Below, piece by piece: positions 1 through 11,700 of a stretch of 64,000 nt of DNA. Each line of letters starts with the position of its first letter. Position 1 is the stretch's first letter. The stretch lies in NCBI GenBank assembly GCA_964016885.1, contig OZ024756.1, forward strand, positions 1,860,001-1,924,000. The letters run 5' to 3'. Source of the DNA: Eledone cirrhosa (taxonomy: Eukaryota). Below the pieces are notes generated by a model. The model was not told the origin of the DNA and did not search any database. It worked only from the letters and a program-made list of their open reading frames with translations. Made by a program: the position numbers and the translations under genes.

Positions 1-3000
1 CTGTCTTGTTGTCTTCAGTTCATCTATGAAGTGTGCAGTGTCAGTGATCTGGTCCTCTGTCTTGCTGTCTTCAGTTCATCTATGAAGTGTGCAGTGTCAG
101 TGATCTGGTCCTCTGTCTTGCTGTCTTCAGTTCATCTATGAAGTGTGCAGTGTCAGGGATCTGGTCCTCTGTCTTGCTGTCTTCAGTTCTTCTATGAAGT
201 GTGCAGTGTCAGTGATCTGTTCCGCTGTCTTGCTGTCTTCAGTACATCTATGAAGTGTGCAGTGTCAGTGATCTGGTCCTCTGTCTTGCTGTCTTCAGTT
301 CAACTATGAAGTGTGCAGTGTCAGTGATCTGGTCCTCTGTCTTGCTGTCTTCAGTTCATCTATGAAGTGTGCAGTGTCAGTGATCTGGTCCTCTGTCTTG
401 CTGTCTTCAGTTCATCCATGAAGTGTGCAGTGTCAGTGATCTGGTCCTCTGTCTTGCTGTCTTCAGTTCATCTGTGAAGTGTGCAGTGTCAGTGATCTGG
501 TCCTCTGTGTTGCTGTCTTCAGTACATCTATGAAGTGTGCAGTGTCAGTGATCTGGTCCTCTGTCTTGCTGTCTTCAGTTCATCTATGAAGTGTGCAGTG
601 ACAGTGATCTGGTCCTCCGTCTTGCTGTTTTCAGTACATCTATGAAGTGTGCAGTGTCAGGGATCTGGTCCTCTGTCTTGCTGTCTTCAGTTCATCTATG
701 AAGTGTGCAGTGTCAGTGATCTGGTCCTCTGTCTTGCTGTCTTTAGTACATCTATGAAGTGTGCAGTGTCAGTGATCTGGTCCTCTGTCTTGCTGTCTTC
801 AGTACATCTATGAAGTGTGCAGTGTCAGTGATCTGGTCCTCTGTCTTGCTGTCTTCAGTACATCTATAAAGTGTGCAGTGTGAGGGATCTGGTCCTCTGT
901 CTTGCTGTCTTCAGTTCATCTATGAAGTGTGCAGTGTCAGTGATCTCGTCCTCTGTCTTGCTGTCTTCAGTACATCTATGAAGTGTGCAGTGTCAGTGAT
1001 CTGGTCCTCTGTCTTGCTGTCTTCAGTACATCTATGAAGTGTGCAGTGTCAGTGATCTGGTCCTCTGTCTTGCTGTCTTCAGTACATCTATGAAGTGTGC
1101 AGTGTCAGTGATCTGGTCCTCTGTCTTGCTGTCTTCAGTTCATCTATGAAGTGTTCAGTGTCAGTGATCTCGTCCTCTGTCTTGCTGTCTTCAGTTCATC
1201 TATGAAGTGTGCAGTGTCAGTGATCTGGTCCTCTGTCTTGCTGTCTTCAGTTTATCTATGAAGTGTGCAGTGTCAGGGATCTGGTCCTCTGTCTTGCTGT
1301 CTTCAGTTCATCTATGAAGTGTGCAGTGTCAGTGATCTGTTCCTCTGTCTTGCTGTCTTCAGTACATCTATGAAGTGTGCAGTGTCAGTGATCTGGTCCT
1401 CTGTCTAGTTGTCTTCAGTTCATCTATGAAGTGTGCAGTGTCAGTGATCTGGTCCTCTGTCTTGCTGTCTTCAGTTCATCTATGAAGTGTGCAGTGTCAG
1501 TGATCTGGTCCTCTGTCTTGCTGTCTTCAGTACATCTATGAAGTGTGCAGTGTCAGTGATCTGGTCCTCTGTCTTGCTGTCTTCAGTTCATCTATGAATT
1601 ATGCAGTGTCAGTGATCTGGTCCTCTGTCTTGCTGTCTTCAGTACATCTATGAAGTGTGCAGTGTCAGTGATCTGGTCCTCTGTCTTGCTGTCTTCAGTT
1701 CATCTATGAAGTGTGCAGTGTCAGTGATCGGGTCCTCTGTCTTGCTGTCTTCAGTACATCTATGAAGTGTGCAGTGTCAGTGATCTCGTCCTCTGTCTTG
1801 CTGTCTTCAGTACATCTATGAAGTGTGCAGTGTCAGTGATCTGGTCCTCTGTCTTGCTGTCTTCAGTACATCTATGAAGTGTGCAGTGTCAGTGATCTCG
1901 TCCTCTGTCTTGCTGTTTTCAGTACATCTATGAAGTGTGCAGTGTCAGTGATCAGGTCCTCTGTCTTGCTGTCTTCAGTTCATCTATGAAGTGTGAAGTG
2001 TCAGTGATCAGCTCCTCTGTCTTGCTGTCTTCAGTACATCTATGAAGTGTGCAGTGTCAGTGATCTGGACCTCTGTCTTGCTGTCTTCACTACATCTATG
2101 AAGTGTGCAGTGTCAGTGATCTGGTCCTCTGTCTTGCTGTCTTCAGTACATCTATGAAGTGTGCAGTGTCAGTGATCAGGTCCTCTGTCTTGCTGTCTTC
2201 AGTATATCAATGAAGTGTGCAGTGTCAGTGATCTGGTCCTCCGTCTTGCTGTCTTCAGTACATCTATGAAGTGTGCAGTGTCAGTGATCTGGTCCTCTGT
2301 CTTGCTGTCTTCAGTACATCTATGAAGCGTGCAGTGTCAGTGATCTGGTCCTCTGTCTTGCTGTCTTCAGGACATTTATGAAGTGTGCAGTGTCAGTGAT
2401 CTGTTCCTCTGTCTTGCTGTCTTCAGTACATCTATGAAGTGTGCAGTGTCAGTGATCTGGTCCTCTGTCTTGTTGTCTTCAGTTCATCTATGAAGTGTGC
2501 AGTGTCAGTGATCTGGTCCTCTGTCTTGCTGTCTTCAGTTCATCTATGAAGTGTGCAGTGTCAGTGATCTGGTCCTCTGTCTTGCTGTCTTCAGTACATC
2601 TATGAAGTGTGCAGTGTCAGTGATCTGGTCCTCTGTCTTGCTGTCTTCAGTTCATCTATGAAGTGTGCAGTGTCAGGGATCTGGTCCTCTGTCTTGCTGT
2701 CTTCAGTTCTTCTATGAAGTGTGCAGTGTCAGTGATCTGTTCCGCTGTCTTGCTGTCTTCAGTACATCTATGAAGTGTGCAGTGTCAGTGATCTGGTCCT
2801 CTGTCTTGCTGTCTTCAGTTCAACTATGAAGTGTGCAGTGTCAGTGATCTGGTCCTCTGTCTTGCTGTCTTCAGTTCATCTATGAAGTGTGCAGTGTCAG
2901 TGATCTGGTCCTCTGTCTTGCTGTCTTCAGTTTATCTATGAAGTGTGCAGTGACAGTGATCTGGTCCTCCGTCTTGCTGTTTTCAGTACATCTATGAAGT

Positions 3001-4750
3001 GTGCAGTGTCAGGGATCTGGTCCTCTGTCTTGCTGTCTTCAGTTCATCTATGAAGTGTGCAGTGTCAGTGATCTGGTCCTCTGTCTTGCTGTCTTCAGTA
3101 CATCTATGAAGTGTGCAGTGTCAGTGATCTGGTCCTCTGTCTTGCTGTCTTCAGTACATCTATGAAGTGTGCAGTGTCAGTGATCTGGTCCTCTGTCTTG
3201 CTGTCTTCAGTACATCTATAAAGTGTGCAGTGTGAGGGATCTGGTCCTCTGTCTTGCTGTCTTCAGTTCATCTATGAAGTGTGCAGTGTCAGTGATCTCG
3301 TCCTCTGTCTTGCTGTCTTCAGTACATCTATGAAGTGTGCAGTGTCAGTGATCTGGTCCTCTGTCTTGCTGTCTTCAGTACATCTATGAAGTGTGCAGTG
3401 TCAGTGATCTGGTCCTCTGTCTTGCTGTCTTCAGTACATCTATGAAGTGTGCAGTGTCAGTGATCTGGTCCTCTGTCTTGCTGTCTTCAGTTCATCTATG
3501 AAGTGTGCAGTGTCAGTGATCTCGTCCTCTGTCTTGCTGTCTTCAGTTCATCTATGAAGTGTGCAGTGTCAGTGATCTGGTCCTCTGTCTTGCTGTCTTC
3601 AGTTTATCTATGAAGTGTGCAGTGTCAGGGATCTGGTCCTCTGTCTTGCTGTCTTCAGTTCATCTATGAAGTGTGCAGTGTCAGTGATCTGTTCCTCTGT
3701 CTTGCTGTCTTCAGTACATCTATGAAGTGTGCAGTGTCAGTGATCTGGTCCTCTGTCTAGTTGTCTTCAGTTCATCTATGAAGTGTGCAGTGTCAGTGAT
3801 CTGGTCCTCTGTCTTGCTGTCTTCAGTTCATCTATGAAGTGTGCAGTGTCAGTGATCTGGTCCTCTGTCTTGCTGTCTTCAGTACATCTATGAAGTGTGC
3901 AGTGTCAGTGATCTGGTCCTCTGTCTTGCTGTCTTCAGTTCATCTATGAATTATGCAGTGTCAGTGATCTGGTCCTCTGTCTTGCTGTCTTCAGTACATC
4001 TATGAAGTGTGCAGTGTCAGTGATCTGGTCCTCTGTCTTGCTGTCTTCAGTTCATCTATGAAGTGTGCAGTGTCAGTGATCGGGTCCTCTGTCTTGCTGT
4101 CTTCAGTACATCTATGAAGTGTGCAGTGTCAGTGATCTCGTCCTCTGTCTTGCTGTCTTCAGTACATCTATGAAGTGTGCAGTGTCAGTGATCTGGTCCT
4201 CTGTCTTGCTGTCTTCAGTACATCTATGAAGTGTGCAGTGTCAGTGATCTCGTCCTCTGTCTTGCTGTTTTCAGTACATCTATGAAGTGTGCAGTGTCAG
4301 TGATCAGGTCCTCTGTCTTGCTGTCTTCAGTTCATCTATGAAGTGTGAAGTGTCAGTGATCAGCTCCTCTGTCTTGCTGTCTTCAGTACATCTATGAAGT
4401 GTGCAGTGTCAGTGATCTGGACCTCTGTCTTGCTGTCTTCACTACATCTATGAAGTGTGCAGTGTCAGTGATCTGGTCCTCTGTCTTGCTGTCTTCAGTA
4501 CATCTATGAAGTGTGCAGTGTCAGTGATCAGGTCCTCTGTCTTGCTGTCTTCAGTATATCAATGAAGTGTGCAGTGTCAGTGATCTGGTCCTCCGTCTTG
4601 CTGTCTTCAGTACATCTATGAAGTGTGCAGTGTCAGTGATCTGGTCCTCTGTCTTGCTGTCTTCAGTACATCTATGAAGCGTGCAGTGTCAGTGATCTGG
4701 TCCTCTGTGTTGCTGTCTTCAGTACATTTATGAAGTGTGCAGTGTCAGTG
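1..4750. repeat. Tandem block duplication, about 42-45 monomers, 2 copies
   Basis: Private variants recur at a 2352-bp (42x56) offset: CTAG 1405/3757, CACTACAT variant base 2090/4442, GAAGCGT variant base 2328/4680, CTATAAAG about 868/3220. The first part has a 2520-bp (45x56) offset (TTCTTCTATG about 187/2707). Boundaries are approximate. Confidence 0.9.
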
Positions 4751-4869
4751 ATCTGGTCATCTGTCTTGCTGTCTTCAGTTCATCTATGAAGTGTGCAGTG
4801 TCAGGGATCTGGTCCTCTGTCTTGCTGTCTTCAGTTCATCTATGAAGTGTGCAGTGTCAGTGATCTGGT

Positions 4870-7800
4870 CCTCTGTCTTGCTGTCTTCAGTACATCTATG
4901 AAGTGTGCAGTGTCAGTGATCTGGTCCTCTGTCTTGCTGTCTTCAGTTCATTTCATCTATGAAGTGTGCAGTGTCAGTGATCTGGTCCTCTGTCTTGCTG
5001 TCTTCAGTACATCTATGAAGTGTACAGTGTCAGTGATCTGGTCCTCGGTCTTGCTGTCTTCAGTTCATCTATGAAGTGTGCAGTGTCAGTGATCTGGTCC
5101 TCTGTCTTGCTGTCTTCTGTTCATCTATGAAGTGTGCAGAGTCAGTGATCTGGTCCTCTGTCTTGCTGTCTTCAGTACATCTATGAAGTGTGCAGTGTCA
5201 GTGATCTGGTCCTGTCTTGCTGTCTTCAGTACATCTATGAAGTGTGCAGTGTCAGTGATCTGGTCCTCTGTCTTGCTGTCTTCAGTTCATCTATGAAGTG
5301 TGCAGTGTCAGTGATCTGGTCCTCTGTCTTGCTGTCTTCAGTACATCTATGAAGTGTGCAGTGTCAGTGATCAGGTCCTCTGTCTTGCTGTCTTCAGTTT
5401 ATCTATGAAGTGTGCAGTGTCAGTGATCTGGTCCTCTGTCTTGCTGTCTTCAGTACATCTATGAAGTGTGCAGTGTCAGTGATCTCGTCCTCTGTCTTGC
5501 TGTCTGCAGTACATCTATGAAGTGTGCAGTGTCAGTGATCTGGTCTTCTGTCTTGTTGTCTTCAGTACATCTGTGAACTTTGTAGTGTCAGTGATCAGAT
5601 CCTCTGTCTTGCTCTCTTCAGTACATCTATGTAGTGTGCAGTGTCAGTGATCTGGTCCTCTGTCTTGCTGTCTTCAGTACATATATGAAGTGTGCAGTGT
5701 CAGTGATCTGGTCGTCTGTCTTGCTGTCTTCAGTTCATCTATGAAGTGTGCAGTGTCAGTGATCTGGTCCTCTGTCTTGCTGTCTTCAGTACATCTGTGA
5801 AGTTTGTAGTGTCAGTGATCAGGTCCTCTGTCTTGCTGTCTTCAGTACATCTATGTAGTGTGCATTGTCAGTGATCAGGTCCTCTGTCTTCCTGTCTTCA
5901 GTACATCTGTGAAGTGTGCAGTGTCAGTGATCAGGTCCTCTGTCTTGCTGTCTTAAGTACATCTATGTAGTGTGCAGTGTCAGTGATCAGGTCCTCTGTC
6001 TTGCCGTCTTCAGTACATCTATGTAGTGTGCAGTGTCAGTGATCTGGTCCTCTGTCTTGCTGTCTTCAGTACATCTGTGAAGTGTGTAGTGTCAGTGATC
6101 AGGTCCTCTGTCTTGCTGTCTTCAGTACATCTATTAAGTGTGCAGTGTCAGTGATCTGGTCCTCTGTCTTGCTGTCTTCAGTACTTCTATGAAGTGTGCA
6201 GTGTCAGTGATCTGGTCCTCTGTCTTGCTGTCTTCAGTACATCTATGAAGTGTGCAGTGTCAGTGATCTGGTCCTCTGTCCTGCTGTCTTCAGTACATCT
6301 ATGAAGTGTGCAGTGTCAGTGATCTGGTCCTCTGTCTTGCTGTCTTCAGTACATCTATGAAGTGTGCAGTGTCAGTGATCTGGTCCTCTGTCTTGCTGTC
6401 TTCAGTACATCTATGAAGTGTGCAGTGTCAGTGATCAGATCCTCTGTCTTGCTGTCTTCAGTTCATCTATGAATTGTGCAGTGTCAGTGATCTGGTCCTC
6501 TGTCTTGCTGTCTTCAGTACATCTATGAAGTGTGCAGTGTCAGTGATCTGGTCCTCTGTCTTGCTGTCTTCAGTTCATTTCATCTATGAAGTGTGCAGTG
6601 TCAGTGATCTGGTCCTCTGTCTTGCTGTCTTCAGTACATCTATGAAGTGTACAGTGTCAGTGATCTGGTCCTCGGTCTTGCTGTCTTCAGTTCATCTATG
6701 AAGTGTGCAGTGTCAGTGATCTGGTCCTCTGTCTTGCTGTCTTCTGTTCATCTATGAAGTGTGCAGAGTCAGTGATCTGGTCCTCTGTCTTGCTGTCTTC
6801 AGTACATCTATGAAGTGTGCAGTGTCAGTGATCTGGTCCTGTCTTGCTGTCTTCAGTACATCTATGAAGTGTGCAGTGTCAGTGATCTGGTCCTCTGTCT
6901 TGCTGTCTTCAGTTCATCTATGAAGTGTGCAGTGTCAGTGATCTGGTCCTCTGTCTTGCTGTCTTCAGTACATCTATGAAGTGTGCAGTGTCAGTGATCA
7001 GGTCCTCTGTCTTGCTGTCTTCAGTTTATCTATGAAGTGTGCAGTGTCAGTGATCTGGTCCTCTGTCTTGCTGTCTTCAGTACTTCTATGAAGTGTGCAG
7101 TGTCAGTGATCTGGTCCTCTGTCTTGCTGTCTTCAGTACATCTATGAAGTGTGCAGTGTCAGTGATCTGGTCCTCTGTCCTGCTGTCTTCAGTACATCTA
7201 TGAAGTGTGCAGTGTCAGTGATCTGGTCCTCTGTCTTGCTGTCTTCAGTACATCTATGAAGTGTGCAGTGTCAGTGATCTGGTCCTCTGTCTTGCTGTCT
7301 TCAGTACATCTATGAAGTGTGCAGTGTCAGTGATCAGATCGTCTGTCTTGCTGTCTTCAGTTCATCTATGAATTGTGCAGTGTCAGTGATCTGGTCCTCT
7401 GTCTTGCTGTCTTCAGTACATCTATGAAGTGTGCAGTGTCAGTGATCTGGTCCTCTGTCTTGCTGTCTTCAGTTCATTTCATCTATGAAGTGTGCAGTGT
7501 CAGTGATCTGGTCCTCTTTCTTGCTGTCTTCAGTACATCTATGAAGTGTACAGTGTCAGTGATCTGGTCCTCGGTCTTGCTGTCTTCAGTTCATCTATGA
7601 AGTGTGCAGTGTCAGTGATCTCGTCCTCTGTCTTGCTGTCTTCTGTTCATCTATGAAGTGTGCAGAGTCAGTGATCTGGTCCTCTGTCTTGCTGTCTTCA
7701 GTACATCTATGAAGTGTGCAGTGTCAGTGATCTGGTCCTGTCTTGCTGTCTTCAGTACATCTATGAAGTGTGCAGTGTCAGTGATCTGGTCCTCTGTCTT

Positions 7801-8750
7801 GCTGTCTTCAGTTCATCTATGAAGTGTGCAGTGTCAGTGATCTGGTCCTCTGTCTTGCTGTCTTCAGTACATCTATGAAGTGTGCAGTGTCAGTGATCAG
7901 GTCCTCTGTCTTGCTGTCTTCAGTTTATCTATGAAGTGTGTAGTGTCAGTGATCTGGTCCTCTGTCTTGCTGTCTTCAGTACATCTATGAAGTGTGCAGT
8001 GTCAGTGATCTCGTCCTCTGTCTTACTGTCTGCAGTACATCTATGAAGTGTGCAGTGTCAGTGATCTGGTCTTCTGTCTTGTTGTCTTCAGTACATCTGT
8101 GAACTTTGTAGTGTCAGTGATCAGATCCTCTGTCTTGCTCTCTTCAGTACATCTATGTAGTGTGCAGTGTCAGTGATCTGGTCCTCTGTCTTGCTGTCTT
8201 CAGTACATCTATGAAGTGTGCAGTGTCAGTGATCTGGTCGTCTGTCTTGCTGTCTTCAGTTCATCTATGAAGTGTGCAGTGTCAGTGATCTGGTCCTCTG
8301 TCTTGCTGTCTTCAGTACATCTGTGAAGTTTGTAGTGTCAGTGATCAGGTCCTCTGTCTTGCTGTCTTCAGTACATCTATGTAGTGTGCATTGTCAGTGA
8401 TCAGGTCCTCTGTCTTCCTGTCTTCAGTACATCTGTGAAGTGTGCAGTGTCAGTGATCAGGTCCTCTGTCTTGCTGTCTTAAGTACATCTATGTAGTGTG
8501 CAGTGTCAGTGATCAGGTCCTCTGTCTTGCTGTCTTCAGTACATCTATGTAGTGTGCAGTGTCAGTGATCTGGTCCTCTGTCTTGCTGTCTTCAGTACAT
8601 CTGTGAAGTGTGTAGTGTCAGTGATCAGGTCCTCTGTCTTGCTGTCTTCAGTACATCTATTAAGTGTGCAGTGTCAGTGATCTGGTCCTCTGTCTTGCTG
8701 TCTTCAGTACTTCTATGAAGTGTGCAGTGTCAGTGATCTGGTCCTCTGTC
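4870..8750. repeat. Indel-marked block present in three copies (29-mer, internally deleted 16-mer, then a third copy)
   Basis: A 5-bp duplication TTCAT-TTCAT occurs at 4947, 6574 and 7473. Each is followed by a 2-bp CT deletion (GGTCCTGTC) at about 5213, 6840 and 7739. Offsets are 1627 (29x56+3) and 899 (16x56+3). Confidence 0.92.
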
Positions 8751-11700
8751 TTGCTGTCTTCAGTAAATCTATGAAGTGTGCAGTGTCAGTGATCAGATCC
8801 TCTGTCTTGCTGTCTTCAGTTCATCTATGAATTGTGCAGTGTCAGTGATCTGGTCCTCTGTCTTGCTGTCTTCAGTACATCTATGAAGTGTGCAGTGTCA
8901 GTGATCTGGTCCTCTGTCTTGCTGTCTTCAGTACATCTATGAAGTGTGTAGTGTCATTGATCTGGTCCTCTGTCTTGCTGTCTTCAGTACATCTATGAAG
9001 TGTGCAGTGTCAGTGATCTGGTCCTCTGTCTTGCTGTCTTCAGTACATCTATGAAGTGTGCAGTGTCAGTGATCTGGTCCTCTGTCTTGCTGTCTTCAGT
9101 TCATCTATGTAGTGTGCAGTGTCAGTGATCTGGTCCTCTGTCTTTCTGTCTTCAGTACATCTATGAAGTGTGCAGTGTCAGTGATCTGGTCCTCTCTCTT
9201 GCTGTCTTCAGTTCATCTATGTAGTGTGCAGTATCAGTGATCTGGTCCTCTGTCTTGCTGTCTTCAGTACATCTATGAAGTGTGCAGTGTCAGTGATCTG
9301 GTCCTCTGTCTTGCTGTCTTCAGTTCATTTATGTAGTGTGCAGTGTCAGTGATCTGGTCCTCTGTCTTGCTGTCTTCAGTACATCTATGAAGTGTGCAGT
9401 GTCAGTGATCTGGTCCTCTGTCTTGCTGTCTTCAGTTCATCTATGTAGTGTGCAGTGTCAGTGATCTGGTCCTCTGTCTTGCTGTCTTCTGTTCATTTAT
9501 GTAGTGTGCAGTGTCAGTGATCTGGTCCTCTGTCTTTCTGTCTTCAGTACATCTATGAAGTGTGCAGTGTTAGTGATCTGGTCCTCTGTCTTGCTGTCTT
9601 CAGTACATCTATGAAGTGTGCAGTGTCAGTGATCTCGTCCTCTGTCTTGCTGTCTTCAGTTCATCTATGAAGTGTGCAGTGTCAGTGATCTGGTCCTCTG
9701 TCTTGCTGTCTTCAGTTCATCTATGTAGTGTGCAGTGTCAGTGATCTGGTCCTCTGTCTTTCTGTCTTCAGTACACCTATGAAGTGTGCAGTGTCAGTGA
9801 TCTGGTCCTCTCTCTTGCTGTCTTCAGTTCATCTATTTAGTGTGCAGCGTCAGTGATCTGGTCCTCTGTCTTGCTGTCTTCAGTACATCTATGAAGTGTG
9901 CAGTGTCAGTGATCTGGTCCTCTGTCTTGCTGTCTTCAGTTCATCTATGTAGTGTGCAGTGTCAGTGATCTGGTCCTCTGTCTTGCTGTCTTCAGTACAT
10001 CTATGAAGTGTGCAGTGTCAGTGATCTGGTCCTCTGTCTTGCTGTCTTCATTTCCTCTATGTAGTGTGCAGTGTCAGTGATCTGGTCCTCTGTCTTGCTG
10101 TCTTCAGTACATCTATGAAGTGTGCAGTGTCAGTGATCTGGTCCTCCGTCTTGCTGTCTTCAGTACATCTATGAAGTGTGCAGTGTCAGTGATCTGGTCC
10201 TCTGTCTTGCTGTCTTCAGTACATCTATGAAGTGTGCAGTGTCAGGGATCTGGTCCTCTGTCTTGCTGTCTTCAGTTCATCTATGAAGTGTGCAGTGTCA
10301 GTGATCTCGTCCTCTGTCTTGCTGTCTTCAGTACATCTATGAAGTGTGCAGTGTCAGTGATCTGGTCCTCTGTCTTGCTGTCTTCAGTACATCTGTGAAG
10401 TTTGTAGTGTCAGTGATCAGGTCCTCTGTCTTGCTGTCTTCAGTACATCTATGTAGTGTGCAGTGTCAGTGATCAGGTCCTCTGTCTTCCTGTCTTCAGT
10501 ACATCTGTGAAGTGTGTAGTGTCAGTGATCAGGTCCTCTGTCTTGCTGTCTTAAGTACATCTATGTAGTGTGCAGTGTCAGTGATCAGGTCCTCTGTCTT
10601 GCTGTCTTAAGTACATCTATGTAGTGTGCAGTGTCAGTGATCAGGTCCTCTGTCTTGCTGTCTTCAGTACATCTATGTAGTGTGCAGTGTCAGTGATCTG
10701 GTCCTCTGTCTTGCTGTCTTCAGTACATCTATGCAGTGTGCAGTGTCAGTGATCTGGTCCTCTGTCTTGCTGTCTTCAGTTCATCTATGAAGTGTGCAGT
10801 GTCAGTGATCAGGTCCTCTGTCTTGCTGTCTTCAGTTCATCTATGAAGTGTGAAGTGTCAGTGATCAGCTCCTCTGTCTTGCTGTCTTCAGTACATCTAT
10901 GAAGTGTGCAGTGTCAGTGATCTGGTCCTCTGTCTTGCTGTCCTCAGTTCATCTATGAAGTGTGCAGTGTCAGTGATCAGGTCCTCTGTCTTGCTGTCTT
11001 CAGTATATCAATGAAGTGTGCAGTGTCAGTGATCTGGTCCTCCGTCTTGCTGTCTTCAGTACATCTATGAAGTGTGGAGTGTCAGTGATCTGGTCCTCTG
11101 TCTTGCTGTCTTCAGTACATCTATGAAGTGTGCAGTGTCAGTGATCTGGTCCTCTGTCCTGCTGTTTTCAGTTCATCTATGAAATGTGAAGTGTCAGGGA
11201 TCTGGTCCTCTGTCTTGCTGTCTTCATTTCCTCTATGTAGTGTGCAGTGTCAGTGATCTTGTCCTCTGTCTTGCTGTCTTCAGTACATCTATGAAGTGTG
11301 CAGTGTCAGTGATCTGGTCCTCCGTCTTGCTGTCTTCAGTACATCTATGAAGTGTGCAGTGTCAGTGATCTGGTCCTCTGTCTTGCTGTCTTCAGTACAT
11401 CTATGAAGTGTGCAGTGTCAGTGATCTGGTCCTCTGTCTTGCTGTCTTCAGTTCATCTATGAAGTGTGCAGTGTCAGTGATCTGGTCCTCTGTCTTGCTG
11501 TCTTCAGTACATCTATGAAGTGTGCAGTGTCAGGGATCTGGTCCGCTGTCTTGCTGTCTTCAGTTCATCTATGAAGTATGCAGTATCAGTGATCTGGTCC
11601 TCTGTCTTGCTGTCTTCAGTACATCTATGAAGTGTGCAGTGTCAGTGATCTGGTCCTCTGTCTTGCTGTCTTCAGTTCATCTATGAAGTGTGCAGTGTCA

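Noticed and set aside
1-56. CENP-B box, telomeric repeat, G-quadruplex or V(D)J RSS motifs
   Set aside because: There is no TTCG....A..CGGG, no TTAGGG-type unit and no G-runs. TGCAGTG and GTCAGTG only partly resemble the CACAGTG heptamer, and no nonamer is present.
9130-9190. Satellite-encoded hammerhead ribozyme on the minus strand: every consensus monomer has CTGAAGA (matches the CUGANGA core), and the TTTCTG variant gives CTGAAGA-CA-GAAA
   Set aside because: Hammerheads are known in some satellites (newt satellite 2, schistosome Sm-alpha), but the consensus here has GCAA rather than GAAA. The variant leaves only 2 nt for helix II, and I could not build helix III or place an NUH cleavage triplet before the helix I partner (it reads CAC). 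An Infernal search with Rfam hammerhead models on monomers and dimers would settle it.
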